From contig NW_003314280.1 of assembly GCF_000143415.4 (NCBI RefSeq), positions 1,905,549 to 1,969,548 on the forward strand: 64,000 nt of DNA, in the 5' to 3' direction. Below are positions 29,720 to 42,638 of this stretch, piece after piece. This DNA comes from Selaginella moellendorffii. Its lineage: Eukaryota > Plantae > Lycopodiophyta. A program made the translations under genes and the position numbers. The notes under the pieces are model-generated. The model was not told the DNA's origin. It saw nothing but the letters and a program-made list of their open reading frames with translations, and did not search any database. How positions within the stretch are numbered: position 1 is the first letter of the stretch; the number at the start of each line of letters is the position of its first letter.

Positions 29720-32580
29720 ATGGGTCTCACGAAGAGCAACCTCTGGTACACAATCGTGGCTTCCATTTTTGTTCTTACAGCGGCCGCTCCACACAAGAAA
29801 GTGAGTATTAGAACTGAATGTTGGTTGTCGCCAAAGGACATTTTCCACTCATCATCCCTGCACAGGCATACATCGTTTACATGGGTGAGAAATCGCACAA
29901 AGACCATAATGTCGTGCACGCACAAGTTCATTCCTTCCTGGCGGATACACTCGGAACGTAAGACATTAGATGCTTTCTAAACATGCATACCCATACCTTT
30001 GGTTGAATTGTTGATACAGCCTTGAGGAAGCGCAGAGGAATATGATACACACCTACAAGCGCAGCTTCACTGGGTTTTCGGCCATGCTCACCGACGACCA
30101 AGCTGCACAGATAAAAAGTACGAGTTAATAAGAAGGACAATATGTATATGCTTACCTTTGGTCGCAGGGAGAGAAGAGGTTGTTTCGATTTTCCCAAGCA
30201 AGAGTCACAAGCTCCATACAACCCATTCCTGGGACTTTTTGAATACCATCGACTCTTTCCCGGCGCAGAACAGCGATCCCAGTGGTTGTGAGGCCTCTGG
30301 CCAAGACATTATTGTTGGCGTCTTTGACTCTGGTAAATAACGAGTTTATCAAGATACACATACCAAACCATCAAGTTCTGCAGGTATCTGGCCGGAGTCC
30401 AAGAGCTTCAACGACGTAGGCATGCCACCGATACCAAGAAAATGGAAGGGAGCTTGCCAGGATGGAGAACAGTTCACTGCACGTAATTGCAACAAGTAAG
30501 AAGTCAAACTCCGAAACTATTGTTTTCAGACGATCTCACATGGATGCCAAAATGCCAGCAAGTTGATTGGAGCACGCTTTTACACAAACGGATACGATGC
30601 CAGCGACCCTGAGCTGCAAAAAACCTTCATCAAATCTGCACGGGATACGGACGGACACGGGACACATACCACGTCAACTGCAGCGGGAAGGATTGTCAAC
30701 GGCATAAGCTTCCCGGGAGGCCTTGGAGCTGGAGCTGCTAGGGGAGGAAGTCCAAACTCGAGAGTTGCCGCGTACAAAGTTTGCTGGGACGACTGCAAGG
30801 ACCCCGACATTCTAGCGGGCTTTGATGATGCCATAGCCGACGGCGTCGACATTATATCTGCGTCCATCGGCCCGGATCCTCCTCAGGCCAACTATTTCGA
30901 GGATGCTATATCCATCGGAGCGTTCCATGCCCTGCAGAAAAACATCCTCGTGTCATGCTCTGCCGGAAACAGTGGAGACCCTTTCACGGCTACCAACCTT
31001 TCGCCATGGATACTGACGGTTGCAGCGAGCTCCATAGACAGGAGGTTTGAAGCCGATGTGGTGCTTGGAAACGGAAAAATACTTCAGGTAAGCTGTTGAC
31101 AATATCTGCAACGAGTTGAGCCTGACTTTGGAAACAGGGACTCGCTGTTAATCCATACGATTCTCAGTTCTTCCCTGTGGTTCTGGGAAAGGATCTTGCT
31201 GCCGCAGGAGTGACGCCTGCAAATGCAAGGTAATACAAGTCATTCGAGGAAACTCAATGGTACCTAGTTGCTTTGTTGCGCAGTTTTTGCCATGCGGACT
31301 CCCTGGACGACGTTAGAACCAAGGGGAAAATAGTTGTTTGCCAGCATGAAATCCCGATCGAGTCGAGGGGAGCCAAGGCCGCCGAAGTGAGTCGAGCTGG
31401 TGGTGCTGGAATGATCGACATCAATCCTGAAGTTAAAGACCTGGCACAACCTTTCGTGGTCCCTGCATCACTGACCGACGAGGCCCAAGCGTCCATTCTC
31501 CGTGCATATCTAAATTCCACCAGGTGAGCAGCCAAAAGTATCTATCTCCGGCCTCGTCTCTTAACACCCCCTGGGAAAAAAACCAACCAGCTCTCCCATG
31601 GCCAAGTTCCTCAAAACAAACGTCGTCCTCCACGACAAGCCGTCCCCAAAAGTGGCATTCTTCTCTTCGCGAGGTCCCAACACTGTTACTCCGGACATCA
31701 TCAAGGTGAGTGGCAAAAGTTTCCTTGAGAGCTCGAGCACTCACATCCTGCTCTCCAGCCTGATATAACAGCACCAGGCCTCACAATCCTCGCAGCGTGG
31801 CCCCCTATAGCAACCGCAGGAGCCGGCAACCGAAGTGTCGACTACAACTTCCTCTCGGGAACGTCCATGGCATGCCCGCATATCACCGGGGTGGCAGCTT
31901 TGCTCAAGGCCAGATTCCCATACTGGACAGCAGCTATGATCAAGTCGGCGATGATGACCACTGGTAAAGAACTTGTTCTTCCTTCTCACGGCTATCCAAG
32001 TTCCTGACCCAAATTCTTCGTTGGTTTCCTTCCAGCCACCCTCTCGGACAACACGAACAGCTTGATCAAGAACACTTTCACCAACACCCCTGCCACTCCT
32101 TTCGATTTTGGATCCGGGCATGTCAACCCAGTCGCGGCCCAGGATCCCGGACTCGTGTATGACATAAGCTTGGAGGAGTATACCAGCTTTGCCTGTGGCC
32201 TCGGCCCATCCCCAGGAGCACTGAAGAACCTCACGATCACCGCCTGTCCACCCAATCCCATCGCTTCCTACAATCTAAACTATCCTTCCATCGGAGTAGC
32301 CGACCTGCGAGGCAGCCTCTCGGTCACCAGATCGCTAACCAACGTCGGCCCAGCGCAATCCCACTACAGGGCCAAGGTCTACTCACCTCCTGGCGTGATC
32401 GTGTCGGTGTACCCCTCGGAGCTCCAATTCACGCGGCCGCTCCAGAAGATCTCCTTCACCGTGAGCTTGAGCGTCCAGCAGCGATCCCAGGATTTCGTGT
32501 TTGGCGCCCTCGTCTGGAGCGATGGCAAGCATTTTGTGAGAAGCCCGATCGCCGTGAATGCTACAGCGATTGCGAGCTAG
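29720..32580 (+). CDS. Subtilisin-like serine protease (S8; signal peptide, I9, PA, Fn-III-like domains), multi-exon
   Basis: [22 protein letters not shown] (Asp), DGHGTHT (His), [15 protein letters not shown] (Ser), NLNYPSI, HFVRSPI. Confidence 0.95.
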
Positions 32581-33288
32581 CTAGCTTGCTAGTAGAGAGA
32601 GGAGAGCGATGTAACAAAAAGGGGATAATCCGACACGAAAGAACGGAAAACCATCGCTGTCGCACAGGCAGCCGTGGAGATTCGACCTAATCGGAGAGAG
32701 AAAGAAGAAAATGCGCTGCCGGATCCGACAGCCATGAAGAAAGAGGGGCGACGAGAGTGAAGAACCCTAAAATATGCTTTCTATACGGATTCCAAGGCCC
32801 TGCGCGCGTGGCCGTCGGATCCTCCAATCCCCACCGCCCAATGACATGACCATTCCAAAACGGAAGGTCCCTCCTCTCTTTTTTATGCCCTCGGTTTTTC
32901 TAATGAAAAGCGAAAGGCGGTAGCTCGCTGGGAGAGCGCAGGGGGAGGACTTGTTCGCTCGATGACGATCTCGCCACCGGAGGCGCCGGGAGCTGCCGCT
33001 TGATCCAGCGCAGCATCGCCAGCGGCAGGAGCAGCAGCCGCGAGGTCAGATTTCACGCGTCTCCTCCTCTCCTCTCGCCGCGGATCGCCACTCCTCCTCC
33101 CTCTCGATCTCTGGTAGCTGGGAAGAGGCGCCATCGCCCCGGCGGATGAGGCGCCCGAGCGGTGTAGGGTTTGTGGCGATTTCTTAGAGACGAGGTTTTG
33201 CTCATGGTACTCGGTGGAGGGAGATTATGTGCCGGGGCTCGTCGCACAGGGATTCGTCGCGTCGTGAGCCTCGCGCTGCTACAATGCA

Positions 33289-35181
33289 ATGAGCTGTAAT
33301 CAGAAGACCTCAACCATCCTGAAAGCGGCAACAGTGTATCTGGGTGGGCAGGGCAAGAAGAGCTTGGGCAGCCGGGCCTCGGCGATCTTCGCTGGGGAGG
33401 TCCCCGACGACGACAGGGCCGATTCCTTTCTCGCCGAAAGGTCCTTCCTTCCGGTGGGTCGCGCCGCCGGGCTTTTCCCGTCGGAGCTAGCGGAGATAAC
33501 TGACAGGAAGCCGCCCGTGGTGAAGAGGAGCGATCCTCCGGCTTTGGAGCAGCAGCAGCATGGGAAAAAGCAGCAGCCGGAGAGCAAAGACGATGTTCCG
33601 GTGGAGATTTTAGGACTTCCAGAGGCCGAGGGGGTGAGGACCGATCGGGACGAGCAGGCTAGCGAGTGCTCGAGCTCGTTTGGATTCAGCGACGCCACTT
33701 CCGGGGACGAGGCAAACACCAACAACGCCAGTGAAGTAGACTCCGCTGCGAGGGATGGCAATGGAGCGCTGGAGACTGACAGGTACGGAAGCCATAGACA
33801 CTTCTTATCTCCATTTCTCTCCTTTTTTTTTCTTTTCTTACAACTCTTCCTTGAACGCACTCAAACGAAACGTATGTCAAACATTTTTATTTCAGGAGGA
33901 GACCCCTGAATATGGACTGGAAAAACTGTAGACGTGGTATTGAGTGGAGATGTCGGTGGCTTGATATTCGTCTTATGGAGTTGCAGAGGCAGGCTACAAA
34001 GTATGACGAGGTTCTCTCGGGGATCCAGAAGGCCAAGCCATGGGACGGGAGGACGGAGCCCGACGGTGCAGCGAGAGCAGCGCCTGTGCGGGAAGAGCGG
34101 CCCGCGCAGCCGCTCCTCCATCGCCAAAGGCGCAGGAAGGTGGAGGAGACTGTGGATGTGGCGGACTACATGTCAAAGCATCCTTTATTTCAAAGATACG
34201 GTAAAGAAGTGAATTTTATTCGATTTCCTCTCACGTCTCATAATGTCGACCTTGCAGAGAAGAAGAAGCGAGAGTATGAGGGGGACCAACACAAGGAGCC
34301 AAACGATTGTACGCGTATGATCATGTTGTCGATCTCTTGACCGGTTATGGCTAATTCTCTGCAACCATATGTTTGTAGTGGCGGCAGAAGGCGCAATGGT
34401 GAGGCTAGATCCGCCGCCTGCCGATGAAGGAAACGAAGACTCGGTAGAAAACATCATGCTCAAGGTGGAGACGTTGCAAGCACGGGTGGTCCGGCTGAGA
34501 AACCAGCTCCGGGGCTCGATGTCGCACAAACTTCCAGGCCAGGTAGCCAGAGCAGGCGGAGGTGGCGGCGGCGCAGCGCGAGCTCCAGCGGCCAAGGCGG
34601 CTGCCGTCAGCCGTCTGACGAAGGCTGCTCCGAGCGGCCATCCTGTATCGCCAGCCGCGGTAAAAGGCGGGCAGGCTGCCCGAAGGCGGGCCTCGGACTA
34701 CGATATCAACAACGTGGTGATGCCTGTCAGCGTGGGTGCCAAGTACGTGCAACATGTGAGACATGCCAACATCGAGACACCTCAGTGGCGGCTGGCCGAG
34801 AAGTCCGAAATGTGTGAAGAAGATAACTCGGATGACGAGGTTGGTTGGTTTGCTCTCTTTTTCTTGTCCTGTTTTCCTAGTTTCTTTTCCTTTTACTCGG
34901 ACGAGATCTCACACGGATGAATGTATTTCAGGATACCGATGATGAAACTTACAAGAGCCGTCACGCGCCTTTGGAAGCGCAGGAGAGGCTTCATCGCTAC
35001 GGGCCACGGACTAACAAAAGGCCACCGGAAGGGGAGAAGTTGAGCGCCAGAGGTAGCGGGTAAGGTTTTTTCTTTTCTTGTTTCTCGGCTTGCTCAGTCC
35101 AGAAGCTGATGAAGTCTCTTCCTTTGCAGCTCGCACCAGATGCCTCAGTGTAGCTTGTCAGCACAATTTAGCGAAGGGTGA
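33289..35181 (+). CDS. KANSL1/NSL1-like chromatin scaffold protein with a PEHE-like region, multi-exon
   Basis: DWKNCRRGIEWRCRWLDIRLMELQRQ coiled coil; SDYDINNVVMPVS..IETPQWR..DTDDETYKSRHAPLEAQER resembles recalled animal KANSL1 FDINNIVIPMS..ILTPSWR..DLSD..F...H...E..ER; gene ends approximate. Confidence 0.65.
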
Positions 35182-35221
35182 ATGAAAATCGAGCAAGCGA
35201 GCGAGCGATTGTACATTGCAA

Positions 35222-35242
35222 GCAGCAGCAGCAGCAGCAGCA
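35222..35242. repeat. (AGC)n microsatellite
   Basis: gcagcagcagcagcagcagca seen directly. Confidence 0.8.
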
Positions 35243-35599
35243 CTAGAGAGAGTGGGAACGGATTGATTCCCTCCTGGTTGATGCTCGTCAGCAGCAAGCA
35301 GGTTAACCAGACAAAACTAATCTCCTCGATTCCAATTCAAAGGCCTGCATTTTGTGTAGATGGTGCAGGAGGAAGGCAAAAGACAAAATTTATTCAAAAT
35401 CAGAGAGACCAGAAGGAAAGCAGCTGATAAAAAACAGGTGTGACTCTTGGATGCGGCTCATAGGAGTTGTGTTTTGGTATAAATAAAAAATGTGAGAGAG
35501 AGAAAAATCTCTTTTTTTGACCATTATGATCAGTTTATCAAAGATATTGAGAAAAATTTCATATAAATTATGTTTGTGAAATTAAAGATTTTAGGGTTC

Positions 35600-36315
35600 A
35601 TCAATGGCGCGCGGAGGGTCATGGTACCTTCTATGTCCGTCAAGATCGCCAACCCTCGCAACTGGATTTGGCCAGTGGCTGCTGCTCGGCATTTCCCGCT
35701 CTGCGCTGCTGCTAGTGGGCCTCTACTTCGTAGTCGCCGAGAACGATTTTCTCGATGCCGTCGTGCCCAACCCGCTCACCCTACTGGAACAAGCTGCCGA
35801 GAGCTCCCGGGATAGTGGCGGTCTGGAGGGGGGTGGAGGCTCTGGGACACGATGGAGATTTCCGCGTCGTCAACTTGGTGGAGTGCGAACTACTGAGGGA
35901 CGTTGTCCTGGTCTACGATTCGAGGATGGAATGCCGACGCTGAGTTTGTTCTTGAGCCGGGTAAGATCGAGAGTAGAGTTCTATCAGACCGAAGCTTGTT
36001 TGTTTTTTCCACACGAGTGTTGCGTGCCAGGTTACATCTGCTTTCTCACTCTTCCAGGAAAGCCGGACGTCATGGCCAGGCTGAGGTCCTTTCGTGTGGA
36101 TAGTGATCTCTGCGGGAAATGCGAGAGCACTATGGGAGGATCTGTCTAAGAGGAGCTTAAATCCGGCTCTTGCTGGCAGGAATCCAAAGCTGTTCTTCTG
36201 GGGTAAGAAAGTACTTCTTGTTTCATGCTTTTGTTCCACGCAGGAGAGCGATGCATGTTGGCAAGCCGAGGCAGCGCGTATGAGTTCGGAGAGGATAGAA
36301 TTCGACAGGACGGAA
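35600..36315 (+). pseudogene. Decayed partial copy of the F-box gene at 60088..61411
   Basis: Colinear shared blocks (gtcaagatcgccaaccctcgc, ctctgcgctgctgct, aacccgctcacc, gtcgtcaacttggtgga, aggaatccaaagctgttcttctggggtaag, caggagagcgatgcatgttggcaagc); both intron positions retained; many deletions; F-box motif missing. Confidence 0.85.
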
Positions 36316-36755
36316 ATAAAAAGATGGTTTACAACCTTTCCAAAAATCAGAGACCAATTAATTGACTCTTTTTTTGGTAAATATGTTAATTATAGTAGTT
36401 CATCTATAAATTTTATAAATATATTAAATATTAAAAAGATGTAATAGTTAATACTTATTCCCATGTCTTAACCACTCATATGAGTGTTGCTTGTGATTTG
36501 TCACCATGGATGGCCTCTCCCTGCGCAGTGAGCGAGCTAGTTGATCCACATTTACTTTTTTGAGCAGAATATAATGATCTTGGACCCAGGCTATTAATTA
36601 ATCCACTTCAGCTTTTGTCCTCTTTGGAAGTCAAGGTTTTATTGACAATGTTTTGCTTTTGGGATTGTGATTTTGTTTTTGTTCAATTTGTGCTACATTT
36701 CTATCTAGAGCTATTGTTATATATAAATCTGCTTCCTTCTTTTGCCATGTTATAT

Positions 36756-39700
36756 TTGGAACCATTCGCACCTGCACTTTATATACAAATATTTTAAAGT
36801 GTTTATTTTAATTTTTGTGACCATTGCATTCACACTTGAGTAGTTTTTAGGTTGTTTTAAGCTTTTAGTATGCATTTTAAAACATTTTCATTCCCACCTA
36901 CATAGGTTTTTGTGATAAACATTTAACGTAAAACATTAGTGACTTCACATCTAACTTACTTTAAAATCTCTTCAAAATAGCATTCAAACATGTTTTAAAA
37001 TATTTTAAAATTTCAAATTCAAATTGCTAACTCTAAATTTAAATTTCAAATTTCAAATTTCAAATATTAAACTTGAACATAACAATCACACAGTTCTACT
37101 ATAGCACAAACATAGGAAGTCAATTAAGTTCTCTCAAACCTTCTATACATCCTCCGGCCCATGCAAGTCTTCCTGTGGTTCTCCCTCAACCATGATAGAA
37201 TCCCCGTAATCTTCAAAAATCTCTACTTCCTTCAAAGCTTGAATGTGTCTCTCTCATGCCTTGATCTCAGCATTGATGTTTGTTTCACCAACATCAATCA
37301 AGACGTTGTGCAAGATGCAAAAACCTTTAATGATGTTCGGCAGATACTTTGGTTTGATCCTTTGTTTTTGATCCAAGCATTTAAATTTCATTTTCAAAAG
37401 TACAAATGCTTATTCAATAACAATCTGGGCTAAATGGTATTGCTGATTGTACTCCACCTTAGTCACTGTCAACTGAGAACCTGTTTTAAATGAAAAATTG
37501 AAAAAAAAAAACTATCAGCTTACCTAAGTGAGGGATCATTAAGTGCTATTGCAATTGATAGCCCTTATCTCCTACCAAATATGGCTCAATCCATTTGTCA
37601 AAAGCAAACTCCCAAGGAATTGTGAGTAATTCTCTTACTTGGATCTTGTGGTATAGCCTGGAACTCCGAAAAACCCTTATGTCATGAACATTCCTTGGGG
37701 AAAAAAAAAAACCAATTACATGTATAGAAGAAAAAAATTAAAAATAATTACCTAGCCAGCCTGCATAGATACTTAAGAACCTTTTCCAAGTGTGGCAAAC
37801 CCCTTGCAAGACCACCGAGTACCACTGCTTTTGATCAAAGTAGCCTTCACCATCTAGGTCAACTGGTTAGATAATCTCGAAATGTGTACAATCAATTGCC
37901 CTAGCCACATTAGGGAGACAGGTCTTGGTGATTTATTGAAAATCTGCCGCCACAACCACTGTTGTCTCTGGGAATCGAATTTTGTACCCGAAGCACTTGA
38001 AGATTGCAATAGTTGTCTACACCACAATGTCATGTGCAATGGCTTCCCCAATCCCAAACTTGTCAGATAGGTTGGAGTAGCCGGTGTTCTTTAACAATTT
38101 GTATAAGGTGACCCCCAAACGAACATCCATTGGCACCACTCTCCTAAAATTCATATCCTACTTGTAGATTTTAGCCTCTAGAATATCACAAAGCCCAAAG
38201 AATGTTGTCTTCTCCATCCTTAGCTTCCACTTCCATTGACTAGGGTCCTACACCTCCATGAAGAACCTTCTTTATGTTGTCATACACCATAGCTTCACCC
38301 ACTAGAGACCGGTGTCAAGTCAATTAGACAAGATTGCTCGACAAAGCTTGTCTTCGTCCTCCTCCTTGTCCGGAAGAGTTTATGCCATTGGGGTTTTGTT
38401 ATTGATGGTGGATCAAAAAGCCTCCACGACGAGAAACAAAACTTGCAAAAGAAGCAAAATTACCTTATTCCTCAATAAGGCATCGATGACTGCTACCTGA
38501 TTGTTGAAAGAACCACATTCCTCCTGAGCATCTTTTTAGCTTTCCCCAAAAGCATTTTTTGTTTCCTCAGGTGGAACTGTTGCAAGATCCTGAAAAAAAA
38601 AATGGTTAGAAGAAATCTAGAATATCATAGCCTAAATATAGTTTAGTTTAATATTAATAATTAGCATCCCCCTAAAATCCTGAAAAAAAGACGGCTAACT
38701 CTTAGATGCAACCCTGTTCAAGAAGTTGGAAATGGAGCTTACAAGGTTGGAGATGGCTCTAGCTAAAACTGTTGCAACTACAACCTTCTCCTTCTCGACC
38801 AAGCTATTCTCCTTCATGCAAACAATAGTCTCTTTTTGCCATGTTAATTCTACTCATTTCAAGTAGTAGCAAAAACATTCCCCTCATTGAGTGCTTTTCT
38901 TGGCCTTCTTTGGGTTCTTCCACTTCCCCGAACTCCCTCGCACTTGTGTAGCATCTCCAGGAGGATTAACACCATCTATGGGATCCTCCTTGTAAGTTTC
39001 CTCCTCTAGAGCATTTGACTCAGCAAGAAACATTGGAGATGTTGATGCCTACTTCACCAAAAATTCATCCATGATGTTGAAGTACTCAATTGGGAACACC
39101 TTCAAGTTCAGCTTCACTGGCATAAGCCACTTCACATCCTCATGGCTCAAGCTAAATTAATTGGGGTTCCCAATTTTCCTCTGGAAATCACAAACACACT
39201 TATAGTCGTTGCAAAGGTTGTTCTAGCAAGTTTGGCAAGCCTTCTAGTCCTGCTACATGCTAGTAGCCTACATCTTCTTTGCAATCCTCTTCCAACGAGT
39301 AGTAGTTGTCAACATCATCTCCTCATTGCCCCACACTAACCCGATTTTTCCAAGGTGATCTTCCCATTTGAAGTTAATGAGGGAAGCTGTCTCATTGTAC
39401 CCCCAATTTTTCTTATGTTTCTTCCTCACTTTCTTCACGACATGAACACCTACCTCCCCTTGTCATCATTGCCCTCCTCTTCATCACCCCCATCATCTTC
39501 TTCCACCTCTTATTCAATAGTAATGTCATCCTGCTCTTCCAAGTTATGAAACCATAGCTGCAAGTACTATTGTCTTGGTGACTGCTCCTACTCCAGGTCA
39601 CATGCTTCGCCATCCTAAACTTGAAACCACTCTCCTATAAACTTTGAGCTAAACTCGGGATGAAGCTTACCTCATTGGTTGTTGTAGAAGAGAATTCGGA

Positions 39701-40108
39701 AAACAATCAAGTTCTAGAAGCTGTGGGGGGAGAAGCTCCAGCTCCCCGTTCTATAGCTCCGGGTCCACCCTGATTGAGGCCAAGATCTGCAAGCTCGGCA
39801 TCTCCATGACCTTGGCCTTGAGGTGGCCTACCTCCTCAAGCGACAGCTAGGCTTGGTGCCCATCCTCCAACCCCAAATGCTCCTCCACCATGGTTGCAGC
39901 ACCTCCACATTGGATGCTGCTGCCTCGAACCCACACCATCTCCTTGTCAAACCCTACAGCTCCTCCTCCCCCAAAATTGGCTGCTCCTCCTTCCTCCACC
40001 GAATTCCCAACATGATCTAACCTCAGCGATGACTGCTGTCGGCTCCCCCGCCATCAATGCCTGAGCTCGCGGCAATCCCAGCTAAAGAGCAAGTGCGAAT
40101 GCCTCCAA
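36756..40108 (-). mobile_element. Decayed PIF/Harbinger DNA transposon (Myb/SANT-like ORF followed by DDE transposase)
   Basis: Minus-strand relics: AIDCTH, YLVGDKGY, IVIE*AF.LLKMKF..CILHN (DDE_Tnp_4, ~37130-38450); RWKRIAKKM..ACQTC*NNL..YK (Myb-like, ~38520-40060); 23-bp imperfect TIRs at 36756-36778 and 40086-40108 (4 mismatches); many stops; TSD not clear. Confidence 0.8.
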
Positions 40109-41487
40109 TAATTATTATTAATTGAGGTTTGAGGCTGTAGATGCTCTATTATTCTCATCTTGCAACATTATTCATACTATTATTATGTTACATGTGGATT
40201 GGAGATTTTGCTACTCCAATTCTTGGTGTGCTACTGGCTCCTTTTTATGTGGGATGTGATTACATGGTTGCTCCTATTCTTGGTGTCTTACCATTTGCTA
40301 TTGATGTAAAATGTAATCATGACATGAATTAACAAATAGTTTCTAGAGGGTGTTTGAGGATCAAGCTTATGAGAAAATGATGTTTACAAGTTTGATTATA
40401 TTCTTGATAAATAGAGTATTCAAATGCTTTAAGGATAACTTTAAAGAAAAATTAAAAATTTCATAGGGTAGTCCCTTAACTTACTATTTAGTCTTTTCTT
40501 TCTACTTCCTACTCTTTCTTAATCTTTTGACTTCTCTTGACTTAAGCTGTCTTCTTGTGTTTCTAATATTCATCTTTCATCTACAGCCAATTTTTATTCC
40601 AATTTTCTTGGTATATTGTTCCTTATGACTTTTTTAATCCTAAATATTCATTATCCTCCTCATATTAATCTAGAGTTTATGTATTTCCATGAACCTAATT
40701 CTTGTGGAGTTTGTGGAGTTTTTTCTTCTTAGAGTCTATATTCCATTTTCCAAGGGTTAAATCACTTTTGCTAAAGTTTTAAAGTTGAATACATTTCCCT
40801 TATTATAGTTATACTATACTATAGTGGCTCTTGAAGTCTTTTAATTTCATTCACAATTCTAATTTTGCTGTTAGTTCAAATATTTAACAGTTTCACATAA
40901 AGTTGCAATTTGTTCATTAGGATGTTATATTTGAATGCTTGTATTATAAGTTCATAGTTATCAATAACTATATCAATGATTCTATGGGAGTTTGAAGTTC
41001 TTATGCCCATATAAAACTCTAATGTTCTATTATTCACCACTTTTTCATAGAGGATGGTGTAATGTATTTGCATATATAACACTACAAGGTAAACATATTA
41101 TTTATATTAACATAATATATGGACCATCTGATTAGAATTTAGTCTACCCATTTCTGTATATAAGCAATAGAGGCTTTAGCCCAATTAATTTATTAGGCAT
41201 TTTTATTTATATATATTATTAAGTATAGTGTAAATAATTTAGCCAAAGTATACTTATAAATAAAAATAAAAATTATACTAAATTTTTTAGAGATATGCTA
41301 TTTTGTCCTACTAGATCTAAATACTAAAGACTTCATTCAAGGCTGAAACATCCATTGCACACCTCTAAACTACTGTCCTAATTAAGTACAAAAACATGAA
41401 AACATTCTTCCTTGATTCATCACTTTTTACTTGCTTCATTACTTGTAGCTATAAGACATAAAACCATAGAAGTGGAGCTATATGGCA

Positions 41488-42072
41488 TGGTCTCAAACTT
41501 GATCTCAAACTCAATCTCAGACTTGAACTTAGACTCGATCTCAAACTTGGTCTCAAATTTGATTTCGAATTCAATCTCAGACTCGGTCTTAGACTTAGTC
41601 TTGAACTCAGTCTCAACACCTTCATATGTCAAGACACTACCATATGTCAGTTGTTCTTTTGTCCCTTTCTAAAGACTCATTTATTGATAGCTCCATACTT
41701 ATTCCTCAAACACTTCTTTAGAAGTTCCACTATTACTTTCAACTTTTCAGCTTAGAACTTTTGTCCAAAATATGTTATACTCATTGGATTTCCACCTTGG
41801 GCATAGTCTGAGATCAAGTCTAAGACCGAGTCTAAGATTGAGTCTAAGATCAAGTCCGAGACTAAGACCAAGACTAAGACTAAGTTTGAGTCCAAAACTA
41901 AGTCCAAGACCCCCAAATTGAGTTCAAGACCAAGTCTAAGACCAAGACTAAGGCTAAGATTGAGACTTAAACTGAGATTAAGTCTAAAACTAAGTCCAAA
42001 ATTGAGTCCAAGATTAAGTCTAAGATCAAGTTCAAGACCAAATGCAAGTCCAAGTGCAAATCCAAGTCTAAG
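41488..42072. repeat. Two degenerate hexamer arrays (RAGWYY) in inverted orientation
   Basis: 41488-41615 is reverse-complementary in pattern to 41806-42072, e.g. actcggtcttagactt vs aagtctaagaccgagt. Confidence 0.75.
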
Positions 42073-42638
42073 AGTGAAAGCCCAAAATGATCATCTCCCA
42101 AACCCCATGATAGTAAATCCTTACAAGATAGTAGAGGGGAGGACTCCAAAGGAATCAATGTGGCCAAAGAAGGCTAATATTATAAGGGAATATTATGCTT
42201 ATATGATGGGTGATGATATAAACACTAATGAATCCAAGGCTAAAGTGAATATAAATAGATGACTTGATAAAGTGTTTAAAAATTAATTTTAACTCCTCTA
42301 GGAGATTGAATGGTCAATGCACCCAATCCAAGGGTGGGTGGCACTATCTACTTAAATACTTTGCATTGTTTATCAGAACCTTGCTCTAGCTATATAACTA
42401 AGGCATCTTGGTGGTGGAAAGTGGGGAGAGTATCTATAATGTTTATGTTGAGCTATAATATTTTGATATGTCATTTCAAAGTCTTTGACTGTGAAAAGAA
42501 AGATAAATAGTCCTTTTACTTAATAATCAAATATATAATCACATTGTAAGGAAGTCTTAGAAATTAATAAGACTTAGTGGATGAAACTTTAAGCCTTGAT
42601 TTAGTGGCAATGTTGGCAAGCACTACTATGGATGTAAT

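Noticed and set aside
32883-33331. Short minus-strand ORFs upstream of the KANSL1-like gene
   Set aside because: GC-rich 5' UTR/promoter region with no motifs or other support
40345-41717. Possible PIF-like MITE bounded by GTGTTTGAGGA / TCCTCAAACAC
   Set aside because: Only an 11-bp core match and no convincing TSD; cannot be supported without other copies
41412-42262. Low-complexity ORFs (SNLISNSIS, RLRLRLKL, EIEFEIKFE)
   Set aside because: Translations of the hexamer arrays; no evidence that they are genes
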